NCBI GenBank assembly: GCA_965215275.1 | Contig: OZ244044.1 | Location: 32,001 to 96,000 of the forward strand | Reading direction: 5' to 3' | Origin: Thermodesulfobacteriota bacterium | Lineage (GTDB): Bacteria; Desulfobacterota_D; UBA1144; Nemesobacterales; JAJCZQ01 | DNA: 64,000 nt | Program-made: the position numbers and the translations under genes | Notes under the pieces: generated by a model | Told to the model about the DNA's origin: nothing | Database searches by the model: none | The model's input: the letters and a program-made list of their open reading frames with translations, nothing else | Shown: one piece after another, positions 62,084-64,000 of the stretch | Layout: the number at the start of each line of letters is the position of its first letter | Numbering within the stretch: position 1 is the first letter of the stretch

Positions 62084-63376
62084 ATGAAGAAGATTTGCGT
62101 CTTGTTGTTGATGCTTACCTTGTTTTTTGCCGTTTCGTGTGATGATGACGACGGTGGCGTACAAGTCGTACAAGGTGGAACAGTAGAAGTAGAAGAACCA
62201 AGAAACAGTTGGCTGATTTTCCATCCTAATCCTCAATCTGACGGTAGTGAAGGTGATTTAACTGAGGAAAGAGATGTAACAGAGTTGGAAGAATACGGCA
62301 AAGAAGGTGTACGTGTCTATGGCAAATTTATGGATGCTCTATCCACGGACAATTCAGGCTGGGCTGCTTACAGATGGAGTTCTCGTCATGATTTTACTGA
62401 TGATGGGAATAATACTCCTGATGCTACGGACTGTGATGGTGCATATAAGGTTTCTTACGTAGAAAGAGCGGTAGATAACTATTTTGTAGGGGCAGGAGTG
62501 TGTCTTGGTACCTTTAATAATCCTTCCGTTAATAATTATCACGACGACGCTAGAGTTGCAAATCTGCGATTTTTGATCAATCAAGCTTTAGGTAGTGGTT
62601 CAGGTATAGACGATTTTGAGCGTGCTAATCCTGACACTAACGATGCTGCTGTTAATACTGCTATTGAAACTGTATGTGACACATTTTCCACTCCAACATC
62701 CATAGATAGTTATGTGAGCAATACAGATATAGAAAATGAAAATGGGGAACTTTACCTGTTTATAGCAGAGGTAGTAGGAGATACTACAGTAGTACCTTCA
62801 GTAGTATCTTCAGTAAACGTCTTATGTCATCCTGATTCAGAAATAGAAGGCACAGATATCTACGGAGTTACGGATGATTCTGGAAGGGCATATATAAAAG
62901 AAGCAGTAGATGAGCTATATGAATTAGAAGGTGATACTATTAGAGATTACACAGTAATAGAAGGTGTCTGGAGTGTATACACGGTTCCAAAACTTAACGA
63001 CGCAGGAGGAGGAAACTACAATTTGGAACCTGATACTTTGAATGACCCACCTAAACTCAGTTATTTCAGGATATCTGGTAATATTGGTGAGAATAACAGA
63101 CGATTTATAGTAGGGGCAGGGATCTATCTTGATGCAAATAACGCAAATGAGGCCACCGGTAACGAGCTTAAAGTTATTAGACAAAGGGTAAGAACGGCCG
63201 TTGGACTCTTGAGAGGAGAAGAGATCGCTGAAGAGGAGGAATTAAGCAGTCTGTTCGCTGATGGAAATGCTTTTATTGCTGATGGAAGTGAGTTCATTTT
63301 AAATGCTGATCCTGTCGACCAAAATGATATGATCATTGATCCAGAGGCATACATTTTTGTCTGGGAAAACCGGTAG
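62084..63376 (+). CDS. Acidic lipoprotein with Cache-like domains (paralog B)
   Basis: Same lipobox and conserved blocks as 39743..41074. Confidence 0.8.
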   Translation: MKKICVLLLMLTLFFAVSCDDDDGGVQVVQGGTVEVEEPRNSWLIFHPNPQSDGSEGDLTEERDVTELEEYGKEGVRVYGKFMDALSTDNSGWAAYRWSSRHDFTDDGNNTPDATDCDGAYKVSYVERAVDNYFVGAGVCLGTFNNPSVNNYHDDARVANLRFLINQALGSGSGIDDFERANPDTNDAAVNTAIETVCDTFSTPTSIDSYVSNTDIENENGELYLFIAEVVGDTTVVPSVVSSVNVLCHPDSEIEGTDIYGVTDDSGRAYIKEAVDELYELEGDTIRDYTVIEGVWSVYTVPKLNDAGGGNYNLEPDTLNDPPKLSYFRISGNIGENNRRFIVGAGIYLDANNANEATGNELKVIRQRVRTAVGLLRGEEIAEEEELSSLFADGNAFIADGSEFILNADPVDQNDMIIDPEAYIFVWENR

Positions 63377-63438
63377 TTCCTGGTAGTTTTCATTCTCGAG
63401 CGGTCAGCGAGAGATTGTGTGATCAATGTATTAGACGT

Positions 63439-63488
63439 AAACAGGGTTAACCGAGTGTCATCCTGACGTTCAGTTAACCCTGTTTTTT
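63439..63488 (+). terminator. Intrinsic terminator after paralog B
   Basis: AAACAGGGTTAAC...GTTAACCCTGTTT stem followed by a T run. Confidence 0.8.
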
Positions 63489-63539
63489 AGTTTTGTGTGT
63501 GAATATGTTTAATATTTATGAAATTAGGGACGGTTTTAG

Positions 63540-63796
63540 GTAGACCTGGACAAAATCATTATCTGAAATGGTCTGTAAGATAATACCCTGAAGTATTCAA
63601 ATGCGTGGTTGAGGTTGTAAAAACGAACATCCGCTAAGTAATTTCATCACTGAAGTCGTGTGGGTCTTTATTTAGGGGACGTTATCAGAGTGATCTTCCC
63701 GACCTTTATGATAAGTGCACTATATTCATTAAAAGCAGCGTGGTCTTCTTCAAATGGGTATCATACCGTGCCTGTAAAGTATCCTATAGTGTATTT
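63540..63796. pseudogene. Decayed duplicate of the rplT 3' end and endonuclease III-like gene 3' end
   Basis: Aligns by eye with 42586..42905, with substitutions and internal deletions. Confidence 0.92.
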
Positions 63797-63817
63797 CTAT
63801 GTATATAATTCCTATTT

Positions 63818-64000
63818 TTAAATATCTCCAAAGTGAAACTGGACAATCGATACAGAAGCTATTGCGGCAGTTTCAGACTTTAATATTCTTGGACCCAAGC
63901 ATACTGTTTTTATTTTCCGAAGTTCAGATCTTTGAATTTCTTTTTCTGAAAAGCCCCCTTCGGGTCCAATTATCAGATTTACAGTGGAAACTCCTTTATC
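63818..64000 (-). CDS. rsmE: 16S rRNA m3U1498 methyltransferase, 3' part (truncated by the window)
   Basis: LIIGPEGGFSEKE..LGPRILKSETAAI. Confidence 0.93.
   Translation of the reverse strand, partial: DKGVSTVNLIIGPEGGFSEKEIQRSELRKIKTVCLGPRILKSETAAIASVSIVQFHFGDI

Noticed and set aside
39743..63376. Diversity-generating retroelement TR/VR pair
   Set aside because: Differences include indels and all base types rather than adenine-specific changes, both copies are full genes, and no reverse transcriptase is in the window.

Overview
Window from a diderm bacterium. Gene content and order (ccm System I*, mqnC, glyQ/glyS, tamB, lolD) resemble Desulfobacterota/Dadabacteria-type genomes; this taxonomy is inference only. 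Most of it is core genome: tuf plus the S10-spc-alpha cluster (no rpmD), aceB/aceA, mepA, msrA, mqnC, ptsH, glyQS, tRNA-Val, thrS, infC-rpmI-rplT, tamB, rlmB, rarA, a ccmABCDEF(I) cluster and the 3' end of rsmE. Four accessory features stand out. (1) A solitary tnpB with intact RuvC residues and a ~70-aa insertion is bounded by inverted repeats. Their outer 13 bp match a ~22-bp motif (GGGAATTATATAC...) scattered through intergenic junctions, which resembles IS1595-family ends; a decayed IS1595 transposase is also present. (2) A kexin-like surface protein lacks all three catalytic-triad residues, carries Ig-like repeats, and has its signal peptide put out of frame by a poly-C tract. (3) Two paralogous acidic lipoproteins appear to be circularly permuted tandem Cache domains with hypervariable loops; the second copy arose by segmental duplication and its housekeeping passengers have decayed. 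(4) A degenerate lolD-bamA relic lies near the window start. No CRISPR array, rRNA or prophage was seen.
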